Source of the DNA: an uncultured Pseudomonadota bacterium
Lineage (GTDB): Bacteria; Desulfobacterota; Binatia; Binatales; Binataceae
Reading direction: 5' to 3'
Assembly (NCBI GenBank): GCA_963837035.1
Contig: CAWIMH010000031.1
Coordinates: 11,571 to 75,570, forward strand
DNA: 64,000 nt
Both the position numbers and the translations under genes were made by a program. Of the stretch, positions 45,324-55,160 are shown piece after piece; the first letter of the stretch is position 1; every line of letters starts with the position of its first letter. The notes under the pieces were generated by a model. It was given only the letters and a program-made list of their open reading frames with translations, made no database searches and had not been told where the DNA came from.

Positions 45324-47729
45324 ATGCGGATAGCAACGGAAGGATGCCGCCCAAGAAAGACGGTGCGGCAAAACAACGCTCTAGCCGCCGCGTGTACCGT
45401 AGTCGGACTGCTCGCGGGTTCGTCGGCCTACGCCGATCCCGCGGACGCGGCCGTGGGCAACGACCAGCTCGTGGAAATCACCGTGACCGCGCAGCGCCGC
45501 GTGGAAAATGTCCAAAAGGTACCGATTTCCGTGGTCCCGATCAGCCCGGACGCGGTTCTTAAGGCGGGCGCCGTCAGCACCGATATGCTTGCCCAACTTG
45601 TTCCCAGTATGCAGATGGGCCACGAACTTGATTCAGCCACGACGTTTATCCGCGGCATCGGACCCAATACGGGCGGAACCGGCGAGGAAAGCTCGGTCGC
45701 CGTGTATCTCGATGACATTTACATTCCGACCGGCGATGCGTCCATTTTTCAGCTGAACACCATTTCCGGCATCGACGTTCTTAAGGGCCCGCAGGGCACT
45801 CTCTTCGGCCGCAACGCAACCGGTGGCGTCATTCAGGTCCACACCAAGGACCCGCAATTCGACCCCAGCGCCGATTTCGAGGGCGGGTATGGAAACTACG
45901 CCACATTTACCGGCAATGCTTACGTGACAGGCAAGGTCATCGAGGATGTCGCGTCCAACTTGGCGGTTTACATCACCGACCAGCAGAATGGCTGGGGCCA
46001 TGATGTCGTGACCGGACAGGAGGCGTTCACCGCTGAGGATTGGGGCATCCGCAACAAGTGGCTCTGGACCCCGACGTCCTCGACGAGGATTCTGCTTGCG
46101 GGAGATTTCGCGTACACGCGCGGCGAAGTAGGCCTCGGCTTCAATCAGATTCCCCAATTCGTCGCGGCAGGCGGCCACGGATATTGCCCCGGTGAAGGCG
46201 GAGACGATGGAAATCCGCAGACTTCGCCCATCGCCTTTAAATGCCCTGGCGCGCCCGGAGCCACCTATGTCGGGTGGTACAACACCTCCGACAACGAGAA
46301 TGACGTCTCCGTCATCAAGCACACCACCCTCGAGCTGAAAGCCGAACAAGAGTTCGGTTTCGCCCACGGCGTCAGCATCACCGGCTGGCAGAATATGACC
46401 GGTTTTGCGCAGTTCAATCAGGACGGCTCGGCTTATGGCGATGTTGTTACCTACCAGCCTCAGAGGGATCGCAATCTCAGCCAGGAACTGCGGTTGATCA
46501 GTCCGGATGACGCTTCCTATGCCGCGCGCTTCAACTGGATCGTTGGCGGGTTCTACATGGACGACAACGCAGGCTACGGACCGAATGCGAGATTGGCGGG
46601 AATCGCGGAGGGCTTTCCCCCAGCGTTAGTCCCCCCGAGCTACTACTTGAACCTCACCGACAACGTCAGAACGACCTCTATCGCGGGGTATATGCAGGGA
46701 ACCGCGCTCATAGCCGCGGATACGCACCTGACCTTGGGTGCTCGCTACACAGTGGACAAACGCCTGTTTACCGGCGGCGTTTGGTTTTCCGATGCAATTC
46801 CAGAGGTCGGTGGATTGCCCGCTTGCGACGTGGTTCCGATTGCCTGCCCGACGACACCCGCTACGCCCGGCGCTTCCCACCGCTGGCCAATGGGGATGTA
46901 CCGGGTAGCATTGGATCACGAATTCACCGGCGACCTCATGGGCTATGTTTCATGGAATCGCGCTGCGAAGAGCGGCCAATTCGATACGTTCGGCACCGCG
47001 GCCGGCGGTCCCGCCAACAACCCGCCGGTCAATCCCGAAGTGCTGAAGTCGGTAGAGGCGGGCATGAAAAGCGAATGGCTCGATCATCATCTGCAAATCA
47101 ACCTGAGCGCATTCCACTACAACGTGCAGAATCTTCAGATGTCCATCATCATGGCGGGCGCCACGAAGTTGATCAATGCCGCATCGGCGGAGGTCAACGG
47201 CGGCGAACTTTCCGTCAAAGTGATTCCCATGAATCACCTGACGCTTTCCGGTGGCTTATCGATCCTCTACGGCCACTATGACAACTTCAAGAATGCAACA
47301 GACTACTTTCCGCCCAACGCTTATTATGCCGGCTCCAACATCGCTTCGCCTTCCTGCACACCCAACGGGACCTACACCTGCAATGCATCCGGGTTGGACC
47401 TGATCCGTGCCCCGCACTACGGCGCTAATTTTGCGGCTGACTATGTGATTCCGAGTTCCGTCGGCGATTTCGACCTCAATGTGAATGTGTCGTATACGGA
47501 CTCGTTCTACTGGTTCCCCGACGAGAGCATGAAGCAGCCGGTCGTGAACCTGCTCAACGCATCAGTAAAATGGGCCAACCCGAGCCGCCGCTATGAACTC
47601 CGGCTGTGGGGTGCCAACCTCACCGGCGCCGAGTACTACTCCTTCGGCTCAGAGTCCATCGCCTACGGCCAGCAGTTCTCGCCCGCACCTCCGCGCACGT
47701 TTGGAATCACGGCGGGCATGCACTTCTAG
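45324..47729 (+). CDS. TonB-dependent outer membrane receptor
   Basis: Signal peptide, TonB box EITVTAQRR...QKVPIS, IRGIG, VYLDD, IDVLKGPQGTLFGRNATGG, C-terminal PRTFGITAGMHF. Confidence 0.95.
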   Translation: MRIATEGCRPRKTVRQNNALAAACTVVGLLAGSSAYADPADAAVGNDQLVEITVTAQRRVENVQKVPISVVPISPDAVLKAGAVSTDMLAQLVPSMQMGHELDSATTFIRGIGPNTGGTGEESSVAVYLDDIYIPTGDASIFQLNTISGIDVLKGPQGTLFGRNATGGVIQVHTKDPQFDPSADFEGGYGNYATFTGNAYVTGKVIEDVASNLAVYITDQQNGWGHDVVTGQEAFTAEDWGIRNKWLWTPTSSTRILLAGDFAYTRGEVGLGFNQIPQFVAAGGHGYCPGEGGDDGNPQTSPIAFKCPGAPGATYVGWYNTSDNENDVSVIKHTTLELKAEQEFGFAHGVSITGWQNMTGFAQFNQDGSAYGDVVTYQPQRDRNLSQELRLISPDDASYAARFNWIVGGFYMDDNAGYGPNARLAGIAEGFPPALVPPSYYLNLTDNVRTTSIAGYMQGTALIAADTHLTLGARYTVDKRLFTGGVWFSDAIPEVGGLPACDVVPIACPTTPATPGASHRWPMGMYRVALDHEFTGDLMGYVSWNRAAKSGQFDTFGTAAGGPANNPPVNPEVLKSVEAGMKSEWLDHHLQINLSAFHYNVQNLQMSIIMAGATKLINAASAEVNGGELSVKVIPMNHLTLSGGLSILYGHYDNFKNATDYFPPNAYYAGSNIASPSCTPNGTYTCNASGLDLIRAPHYGANFAADYVIPSSVGDFDLNVNVSYTDSFYWFPDESMKQPVVNLLNASVKWANPSRRYELRLWGANLTGAEYYSFGSESIAYGQQFSPAPPRTFGITAGMHF

Positions 47730-47828
47730 AATCCAGGCAAATCCGACTTGATGCCGTGAGCCAACGGTGAGCGCGGAGCGTTTAACATGGCACCTGACTT
47801 GAATGAGCCGGTCATCGAGGCTAATGAT

Positions 47829-49136
47829 GTGCGCAAGCGTGTCCCTCTGCTCCTGATCCTGATCCTTGTCCTAGCCATCGGCGGATTTGTCATATTCTCG
47901 TGGCGGCCACCGATCGGGGAAATTGCGCCGCCGAGCAAAGCACAATTTGCGCCTGAACTGGTGGCGCAGGGCGAGGTGCTGGCCGGCGCAGGCTATTGCG
48001 CGACCTGTCACACGGCCAGGGGAGGTCAGCAGTACACGGGCGGCTATGCGTTTCAGACGCCGTTTGGCGTCCTCTACTCGACGAACATCACACCGGACGT
48101 AAAGACCGGCATCGGAGGATGGTCGGAAGCCGCCTTCAGGCGCGCGATGCACGGAGGCGTAGGCCGCGACGGCTCGCACTTGTTCCCGGTTTTTCCCTAC
48201 GATCACTTTACCAAACTGACGGATGCCGACGTTTCCGCGTTGTACGCGTATTTCATGACACGCGACCCGGTGAACGCACCGGCGCGCGAGAACAGTCTAC
48301 CGTTTCCACTCAACATCCGCGCCCTGCAGGCCGGTTGGAAGCTGCTATTCTTCCATCCGGGGCGGTTCGTGCCGACGCCTGATCGCGGCGCCGACTGGAA
48401 CCGCGGCGCGTATCTTGCCGAAGGGATCAGCCACTGCGGCGCCTGTCATACCCCGCGAAATTTTCTCGGCGCGGAAAGGCGCGGAGAATCGTTCGGCGGC
48501 GCAAGGATCGACAACTGGGTTGCGCCGGCCTTGACCAAGGACAACCCGTCGACCGTTCCGTGGAGCGAAGAGGAACTCTTCGGCTATCTGCGCAACGGCG
48601 TCAGTCGCTACCATGGAACTTCATTCGCCTCGATGGGGCCGGTGGTTCATGACGGCCTCGCGAAGCTGCCCGACGCCGACGTGCACGCCATAGCCGTGTA
48701 CGTTGCCGGCGTCAACGGGACCGCCGGGCGCGCAGCGGACGCCCAGCCCGCCATTCAACGGGCGCTCAGTGTTGATCAGCTCAATGTGGGGCTGCACTAC
48801 GAGATGGATAACCGTCTCTACGCCGCCGCGTGTGGCTCGTGCCACTACAACGGAGCGAACGGGCCCAATCCCATGCGGCCGGATCTTGCTCTCAACAGCG
48901 CAGTCAGTCTCGATGACCCCGCCAACCTCATCCGAGTGATGCTCTACGGGATCGATGCGAAGCAGGGTGCGACTGGCGTGGTGATGCCCGCCTTCTCCGG
49001 CTTCACGGACGCGGATCTCGCAAAGATTGCGGCCTATTTGCGCGCGACCCGTACCGCCAAGCGACCTTGGCCCGATCTCGAGCAGCAGGTTGCGGCCGCC
49101 CGCGCCCAAGGTGAACCCCAGGAGTCGAGCGAATGA
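47829..49136 (+). CDS. Membrane-anchored triheme cytochrome c subunit of a periplasmic dehydrogenase
   Basis: CATCH, CGACH, CGSCH; [12 protein letters not shown]; N-terminal TM helix; GTG with GAGG RBS (ATG 47787 is an alternative). Confidence 0.9.
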   Translation: MRKRVPLLLILILVLAIGGFVIFSWRPPIGEIAPPSKAQFAPELVAQGEVLAGAGYCATCHTARGGQQYTGGYAFQTPFGVLYSTNITPDVKTGIGGWSEAAFRRAMHGGVGRDGSHLFPVFPYDHFTKLTDADVSALYAYFMTRDPVNAPARENSLPFPLNIRALQAGWKLLFFHPGRFVPTPDRGADWNRGAYLAEGISHCGACHTPRNFLGAERRGESFGGARIDNWVAPALTKDNPSTVPWSEEELFGYLRNGVSRYHGTSFASMGPVVHDGLAKLPDADVHAIAVYVAGVNGTAGRAADAQPAIQRALSVDQLNVGLHYEMDNRLYAAACGSCHYNGANGPNPMRPDLALNSAVSLDDPANLIRVMLYGIDAKQGATGVVMPAFSGFTDADLAKIAAYLRATRTAKRPWPDLEQQVAAARAQGEPQESSE

Positions 49137-49158
49137 TGACCCGAAGAGCGCCGCAGCC

Positions 49159-49626
49159 ATGACCCGCTTCACCATCAACGGTCGCGCCGTGAGCGTGGAT
49201 GCCCCAGGTGATACACCGCTGCTGTGGGTCATTCGTGATGACATTGGGTTGACGGGCACCAAGTTCGGCTGCGGCATCGGTTTGTGCGGGGCTTGCACGG
49301 TGCATGTCGGCGGCCGCGCCACCCGCTCGTGCATCACACCCGTCAGGGCCGTGGCAGAGGCCGAGGTGACCACCATCGAAGGGCTCGATCCTGCAGGTGC
49401 TCACCCCGTTCAGCAGGCGTGGCTTTCGCTGCAGGTCCCGCAATGCGGCTACTGCCAATCCGGTCAGATCATGCAGGCCGCGGCGTTGCTCAAGGACTTC
49501 CCCGCTCCCAGCGACCAGGACATTGATGCGGTGATGGCAGGGAATCTGTGCCGCTGCATGACCTATGCGCGCATTCGCGCAGCGATCAAGCGAGCCGCCG
49601 AACTCATGGGGAGCGCCAAGCCATGA
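49159..49626 (+). CDS. 2Fe-2S small subunit (IorA/CoxS family)
   Basis: [16 protein letters not shown]...[18 protein letters not shown]. Confidence 0.93.
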   Translation: MTRFTINGRAVSVDAPGDTPLLWVIRDDIGLTGTKFGCGIGLCGACTVHVGGRATRSCITPVRAVAEAEVTTIEGLDPAGAHPVQQAWLSLQVPQCGYCQSGQIMQAAALLKDFPAPSDQDIDAVMAGNLCRCMTYARIRAAIKRAAELMGSAKP

Positions 49627-51935
49627 CCCGGCTCGCTCTCGATCGGCATCGCGTCCACCCGCTCTCGCGCCGCGACTTCCTCATCACCACCGTGGGTGCC
49701 GCGGGCGTGGCTTTTGGATTCTGCCCACTTGTTCAGGCCGCGATGGATGCCGCCGTCTCCGGCGGCGTCCCTCGAACACCCACCGGTCCACAGTTCGAGC
49801 CGACGCTGTGGTTCGCCATCGACGCGGATGGCTGGGTCACGGTGAACATCATCCGCGCCGAGATGGGTCAGCACATCGGCACGGCGTTGGCGCGCATTCT
49901 CGCCGACGAGCTCGAGGCCGACTGGGCCAAGGTTCGAATCGTTCATGTCGACACCGATCCCAAGTGGGGCTACATGGTCACCGGCGGCAGCTGGTCGGTG
50001 TGGCAAACCTATCCGATCTTCAGCCGCGCCGGCGCCGCAGGACGCATCGCGCTGATCGAGGCCGGCGCCAAAATCATCGGCGCGAGTCCTGCGCAGTGCT
50101 CGGCCAAAAACGGCGCCGTGCTGAGCGGTGGGCGCTCGGTCTCCTATGGCGAGATAGCCCGCCGCGCCGGCGCTACACGCCGCTTCACGCCGCAGGAACT
50201 CGACAAGCTGCCGATCAAGCCCATCGCCGAGCGCCGCCTCATTGGAAAGGCGACGGTGGCGCTCGACATCGCCGCCAAGACCAACGGCACCGCGTGCTAC
50301 GGTATCGACGCCAAGGTCGCGAACATGGTCTACGCGCGCCCCAAGCTTCCGCCCACGCGCAACGGCTCGAAGGTGATCGCCGTTGATGACAGCGCCGCGC
50401 GCAAAGTGAAAGGGTACCTGCGCACCATCACGCTCGATGATCCGTCCGACACGGTACCTGGCTGGGTGATGGTGATTGCGGAGAGTTATCCCGCGGCGAT
50501 CCGCGCGACCGACTTGCTCGAGGTGAAGTGGACACCGGGCCCGGGGGCAACTGTCTCGGAGAAGGACTTACAGGAGCATGCGGCCGAGCTCATCGCAAAA
50601 CCCGACGGCGGCGTGATTCTCGATACCGGCAATACCGATACCGCGGCCGCCTTCAAGGCGGCGGGAGCCACGGTGGAGCAGACCTACACGACCTCGACGG
50701 TGCTGCATTTTCAGCTCGAGCCGGTGAATGCGCTGGCGTTCGAGAAGGACGGCATTTTCGAGGTCCACACCGGCAATCAGTGGCAGAGCCTGATCCTGCC
50801 GACGCTCGCCAAGGCGCTCGGGCGGCCCGAGACCAGCATTATCATGCGGACCTACCTGCTCGGCGGCGGGTTCGGCAGACGCTTGAACGGCGACTACGCA
50901 GTGCCGGCCGCGCTCGCCGCCAAAGCGCTCGGCCGGCCGGTGAAAATGGTACTGACCCGCGCGGATGACGCCCGCTTCGATTCCGTCCGTTCGCCATCGG
51001 TGCAGACCTTGCGCATGGCCTTTGGCGAGAAGGGCCAAGTGACGGCGATGGAACATCACGCCGCCGCCGGCTGGCCCACCCTGGTGATGGTGCCCTCGTT
51101 CATGCCGAAGGGCCAAGGCGGCGCACCGTACGATCCCTTTGCGATAGCCGGCGCCGATCATTGGTACGAGGTGGGCGCGCAAAAGGTGCGTGCCATTTCG
51201 AACGATCTAGCCAATGTCAGTTTCCGTCCGGGATGGCTGCGTTCGGTCGGGCCTGGATGGACCAACTGGGCGTTGGAAAGTTTTATGGACGAGGCGGCTC
51301 AGCACCTCGGTACAGATCCGGTGACCTTTCGCCTGAAACTTCTGACGGGCGCCGGCCGCAATGCCGGTTCGGCCCCCTCGGCCGTGGGCGGGGCTCACCG
51401 CCAAGCCGAGGTGGTACGCCGCGCCGCTGAGCGCGCCGGCTGGGGCTCGACGCTGCCGCCGAACACGGGGCTTGGCATTGCCACGAGCTTTGGGCAGGAA
51501 CGCGACATGCCGACATGGGTCGCCTGCGTGGCGCGCGTTCGCGTCGATCGCGCGACGGGTGCGGTTAGCGTCGAGCGGCTGACGATCGTGGCGGACGCGG
51601 GAACCGTCGTCGATCCCGACAGTGCACATGCACAGATCGAGGGCTCGGCGCTGTGGGGCCTGAGCATGGCGCTGCATGAGGGCACCGAATTCGTGAACGG
51701 CCAAGTGAAGGACACCAATCTAAATAGCTACCTGCCGCTGCGCATTGCCGACGTTCCCGAACTCGACATCAGCTTCGTCGAGAGCACCGAGCCGCCCGTG
51801 GGATTAGGCGAACCCGGCACCACCGTGATTGCGCCCGCCATCGCCAACGCCATTTTTGCGGCCGTGGGCGCGCGACTTCGCCACATCCCCATCACCCAGG
51901 AGGCTGTGCGTGCCGCGATCCCTGCCCGGGCCTAG
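49623..51935 (+). CDS. Tat-exported molybdopterin large subunit (IorB / aldehyde dehydrogenase family)
   Basis: SRRDFL Tat motif, [35 protein letters not shown]...[13 protein letters not shown]. Confidence 0.92.
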   Translation: MTRLALDRHRVHPLSRRDFLITTVGAAGVAFGFCPLVQAAMDAAVSGGVPRTPTGPQFEPTLWFAIDADGWVTVNIIRAEMGQHIGTALARILADELEADWAKVRIVHVDTDPKWGYMVTGGSWSVWQTYPIFSRAGAAGRIALIEAGAKIIGASPAQCSAKNGAVLSGGRSVSYGEIARRAGATRRFTPQELDKLPIKPIAERRLIGKATVALDIAAKTNGTACYGIDAKVANMVYARPKLPPTRNGSKVIAVDDSAARKVKGYLRTITLDDPSDTVPGWVMVIAESYPAAIRATDLLEVKWTPGPGATVSEKDLQEHAAELIAKPDGGVILDTGNTDTAAAFKAAGATVEQTYTTSTVLHFQLEPVNALAFEKDGIFEVHTGNQWQSLILPTLAKALGRPETSIIMRTYLLGGGFGRRLNGDYAVPAALAAKALGRPVKMVLTRADDARFDSVRSPSVQTLRMAFGEKGQVTAMEHHAAAGWPTLVMVPSFMPKGQGGAPYDPFAIAGADHWYEVGAQKVRAISNDLANVSFRPGWLRSVGPGWTNWALESFMDEAAQHLGTDPVTFRLKLLTGAGRNAGSAPSAVGGAHRQAEVVRRAAERAGWGSTLPPNTGLGIATSFGQERDMPTWVACVARVRVDRATGAVSVERLTIVADAGTVVDPDSAHAQIEGSALWGLSMALHEGTEFVNGQVKDTNLNSYLPLRIADVPELDISFVESTEPPVGLGEPGTTVIAPAIANAIFAAVGARLRHIPITQEAVRAAIPARA

Positions 51936-52085
51936 TACGGAACCACTGATTTTCCTCGAACCGGTCAACCGACCGACCCGGGAACGCACTGAACCAAAAA
52001 TCGTTTGCTCGTGCGTCGCGGGCTGGGTGCGGATACGTACACGCCCAGGCGCGTTAGACTATAAGCAAACCTCGGAGCGGGCGTT

Positions 52086-52946
52086 ATGGCAGTCCTACAA
52101 GTGATCGAATCACGCCAACGAGACCTCGGCGGTTTTGTGGTGCGCCGCGTGTTGCCTTCGGGCGAACGGCAAATGGTCGGACCTTTCATCTTTTTCGATC
52201 ACTTGGGCCCGACTCAATTTCCTCCAGGGCAGGGCATCGACGTCAGGCCGCATCCGCATATTGGGCTCGCGACCGTGACCTACCTCTTTTCGGGATCGCT
52301 CTCGCATCGCGACAGCTTGGGCTCCGTGCAGGAGATTCGACCCGGCGATGTCAATTGGATGAGCGCCGGGGAAGGTATCGTGCATTCGGAACGGACCCCG
52401 CCGAAATCTCGGCCGAGTGGCCCGCACATCCACGGCATTCAAAGCTGGGTCGCGTTGCCGGACGGGGAGGAGGACGGCAAACCCTGGTTTGCTCACACTG
52501 CAGCAGCGTTGCTGCCGCGCCTCAAGCTAGGTGCAGTCAATCTTTCAGTGATTGCGGGCCATGCGTTCGGCGTGCAGTCGCCGGTGCAGGTGTCGTGGCC
52601 GACGCTGTACGTCGACGCCGAGTTGGCGCCCGGCGCGACGCTCGAGGTACCACCAGAGCACACGGAACGGGCCGTATATATGGCGGAAGGCAGGTTGATC
52701 ATCGGCGAGACGCAATTGACCGAGGGTCAGCTCGCGATCTTGGAGCCTGGCGCTAGCGTCACGGTCCGTGCCGTGAACGCTTCCCGCATCCTATTGCTCG
52801 GCGGCGAACGCTTTGCGAAGCCGCGCTTTATAGAGTGGAATTTCGTCGCCTCCTCGCGCGAACGCATCGAGCACGCCAAGGAGCGCTGGCGTGAGCGGGA
52901 ATTTCCGAGCGTGCCGGGGGAAACAGAATTCATTCCGCTGCCGTAA
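52086..52946 (+). CDS. Pirin-family protein
   Basis: VGPFIFFDH, RPHPHIGLATVTYLF, HRDSLG, VNWMSAGEGIVHSE, WNFVAS. Confidence 0.95.
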   Translation: MAVLQVIESRQRDLGGFVVRRVLPSGERQMVGPFIFFDHLGPTQFPPGQGIDVRPHPHIGLATVTYLFSGSLSHRDSLGSVQEIRPGDVNWMSAGEGIVHSERTPPKSRPSGPHIHGIQSWVALPDGEEDGKPWFAHTAAALLPRLKLGAVNLSVIAGHAFGVQSPVQVSWPTLYVDAELAPGATLEVPPEHTERAVYMAEGRLIIGETQLTEGQLAILEPGASVTVRAVNASRILLLGGERFAKPRFIEWNFVASSRERIEHAKERWREREFPSVPGETEFIPLP

Positions 52947-52980
52947 GCTCAGCAGAGCACGCTTAGACGCATCGAAGTGC

Positions 52981-53703
52981 TCAAACTGCAAGCCACGCCG
53001 CGACCCCCATCAGTACGACGAGGATCTGACTCACGCGATCTTTGATGGCAAAGACCAGGGGATCGTCCGGCATCCGCCCGCGGTGGGCGGTCAACCACAC
53101 GTAACAAACCCAATACAGCAGCAGCACGAAGGTGGCTCCGATGAACTCGGAGCGGCTGTAAAGAAGCTCGACAGAGGAACTTCCGAGATACTGCGTCAGC
53201 ACCAGGGCCGACACGATCCCGCTGCCGCCGCCCAGCGCCAGAATCACCTCCCGATCCTCGAGCCTATAGGCGCGGGCGCGGGCTGCCGCTCCGTCGCAAG
53301 CGCTAAGCAGGGTGAGTTCCGCGTAGCGCTTGACCAAAGCAAGACTGAAGAAGAGCAGCACCGCAACGAGCCCGATCGCCATCGATCGGGGCAGCGCCCA
53401 GGAGGCAATCGGCCGGTAGCGCTTGTGCGGGTGCAGCCGGTCGGCCGGCGCGTCATGCAAATCATTGAAGACGTAGATGCTCGAGGCGCAGAGACTGAAG
53501 GCGACAAAGACGCGGGTCGCGGCGCCGAGAGGCTGAAAATCGCTCAGCCGGTGCGCCGCCGCGAGAGGAATGAATACGAGCAAGTTTTTCAGCCACTGAT
53601 AGGGCCGCATCGTCTCGAGCGCTGCGCCGATGACCGACGCCGCGCTCAAACTGGGAAGCGCTGACCGGGAACTGCCTGACTCAGGAATCGCGGACATGGT
53701 CAT
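52981..53703 (-). pseudogene. UbiA-family prenyltransferase (decaprenyl-phosphate phosphoribosyltransferase-like) with apparent internal in-frame deletion
   Basis: MRPYQWLKNLLVF, YVFNDLHDAPADRLHPHKRYRPIAS, then directly FFSLALVKRYAEL and DDPLVFAIKD; the central TM segment is missing. Confidence 0.7.
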
Positions 53704-53877
53704 GGCACGTACAGCACACTCGATAGAAAATCTTGTATGAAGGTGGCACCCTTGTCTCCGAGGTCCTAATGCATCACTCCCGCAAGGACTCAAATCCAGG
53801 CGTGTGCGCAACGTAACAGGCGTACTTGCGCAAATATGTGTATGACGACGATACGCTGGAGAGAGTCGTCGGGCGCA

Positions 53878-53893
53878 TCCCCCCGACGGGGGA
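53878..53893 (-). promoter_or_regulatory. Operator for the UbiA-family gene
   Basis: TCCCCCCGACGGGGGA (perfect); minus-strand TATCGT at 53853-53848, 24 nt away. Confidence 0.7.
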
Positions 53894-54101
53894 TGTCGGC
53901 CGAATACGTACGCGCGCCAGTCCAAACATTAGCCGTATACAGACCGGCCAAATCTCAGCCATGCACCAGGCTGCATCCCTGTTCTGTATTTCCGCGAGTG
54001 GACGGATGATTTCTAAACGACGTGGTGCATCGTTGCGAATTTGCTGATGCTGGTCTGCAGCCACGCTGCGATCTGCTCGCGCGATCGCGAACGTACGGGC
54101 G

Positions 54102-54117
54102 CCCCCTTTTTGGGGGA
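54102..54117 (+). promoter_or_regulatory. Operator for a short plus-strand transcript
   Basis: CCCCCTTTTTGGGGGA; TAACTT at 54141-54146, 23 nt away. Confidence 0.68.
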
Positions 54118-54152
54118 TGCCTATGCACAGACCGGTGCGTTAACTTCATCGC

Positions 54153-54470
54153 ATGGCTGGCGTAAGTGCTCTCCATGAACATAAGTACTTTTGGCGATTG
54201 TGTGATTGATCCGACGCGCACCGTGAGGTCCATCCAATGTCCTCCAACGGACCGGTGGAGGATGTCGCTTGTACTGGCCTCAGGCATGGATAGTCAACCG
54301 CGCCCCAATACATTCTCGATCTTCGCTAAGCGTTGGTCGACCGAGCAAATGACCACCTTCGCAATGAGTCCGCCGTTCTCCCTACGAACAGCCACGGTTC
54401 CCACTCCCCCACGTCGGCTGTTCAATTGTCCGACCGCCGGCCCCAAGGGGTCGGTCGGTCGGCGTTTTTT
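54153..54470 (+). ncRNA. Candidate operator-controlled sRNA or small-peptide mRNA
   Basis: Bounded by the predicted promoter and an intrinsic terminator; the only RBS-led ORF is 18 aa (54237-54293). Confidence 0.35.
54430..54470 (+). terminator. Intrinsic terminator
   Basis: CCGACCG-CCGGCCCC-AA-GGGGTCGG-T-CGGTCGG then CGTTTTTT. Confidence 0.72.
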
Positions 54471-54642
54471 GGACGTATAGGTGGGTCGTCGCGTCATGAC
54501 CCCACTAGACAGGAATTCATCAATACAACCTCCGGCACACCGACATCAGCTTTACTTGGATGACAAGACGAACCTCGGCTCTTGGAAAGGCTTTGCGATC
54601 GCGGCCGTAAGAGCGTTTCATGTCTGACGGAGCACAACAGCG

Positions 54643-54867
54643 ATGTTTAACAAATCGATCCAGAAATCGCAGTCGCCCCATGCGTATGACTACGCTGCAG
54701 CTATCGCCAAAGCAGTGGAGTGGCTAGGAGATCGGTACCTGTTGGCGAAACCAATTAATGCGACTCCCGGATTCGCCGCGGTGTACGGACGTATTATTGT
54801 TGCCGGTTCCCGAAGGCCAATGTCCCAAAGCGTCAACTGGACCAAAAATCGACCAGGTGGTCGGTAG
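54643..54867 (+). CDS. Small hypothetical protein
   Basis: GGAG RBS; amphipathic core YAAAIAKAVEWLGDRYLLAKPIN. Confidence 0.55.
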   Translation: MFNKSIQKSQSPHAYDYAAAIAKAVEWLGDRYLLAKPINATPGFAAVYGRIIVAGSRRPMSQSVNWTKNRPGGR

Positions 54868-55160
54868 AGTGAGTTTGCGAACCCGCACGATAGATTCGAT
54901 TAATCGATTCCATTGATCGAATTTCGTTGATCGATTGGTGGCCAAAGCTCTAGACTACTCGAGCTGAAGTACTGAGCCTACGGGACATACTCCGCCGGTT
55001 GTCGTTACTCGCGGCTCCGCTGGCATGTTGTTCGATTTGGTGACGCACAATGCTGTGCGCCCAATCGGCTGGAAACGGACTACTCAGTCCCGATGTGATA
55101 CCCTTTTTCGATCACCGCTCGCGCGGACGGTTGCAATAACTGTCGAACAGGTTCCAGCTC

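Noticed and set aside
1719-54117. C/G dyads as CRISPR repeats, REP elements or terminators
   Set aside because: They are dispersed singly, have no spacers or cas genes, lie 5' of genes rather than 3', and lack U-tracts. Fixed -10 spacing fits an operator better.
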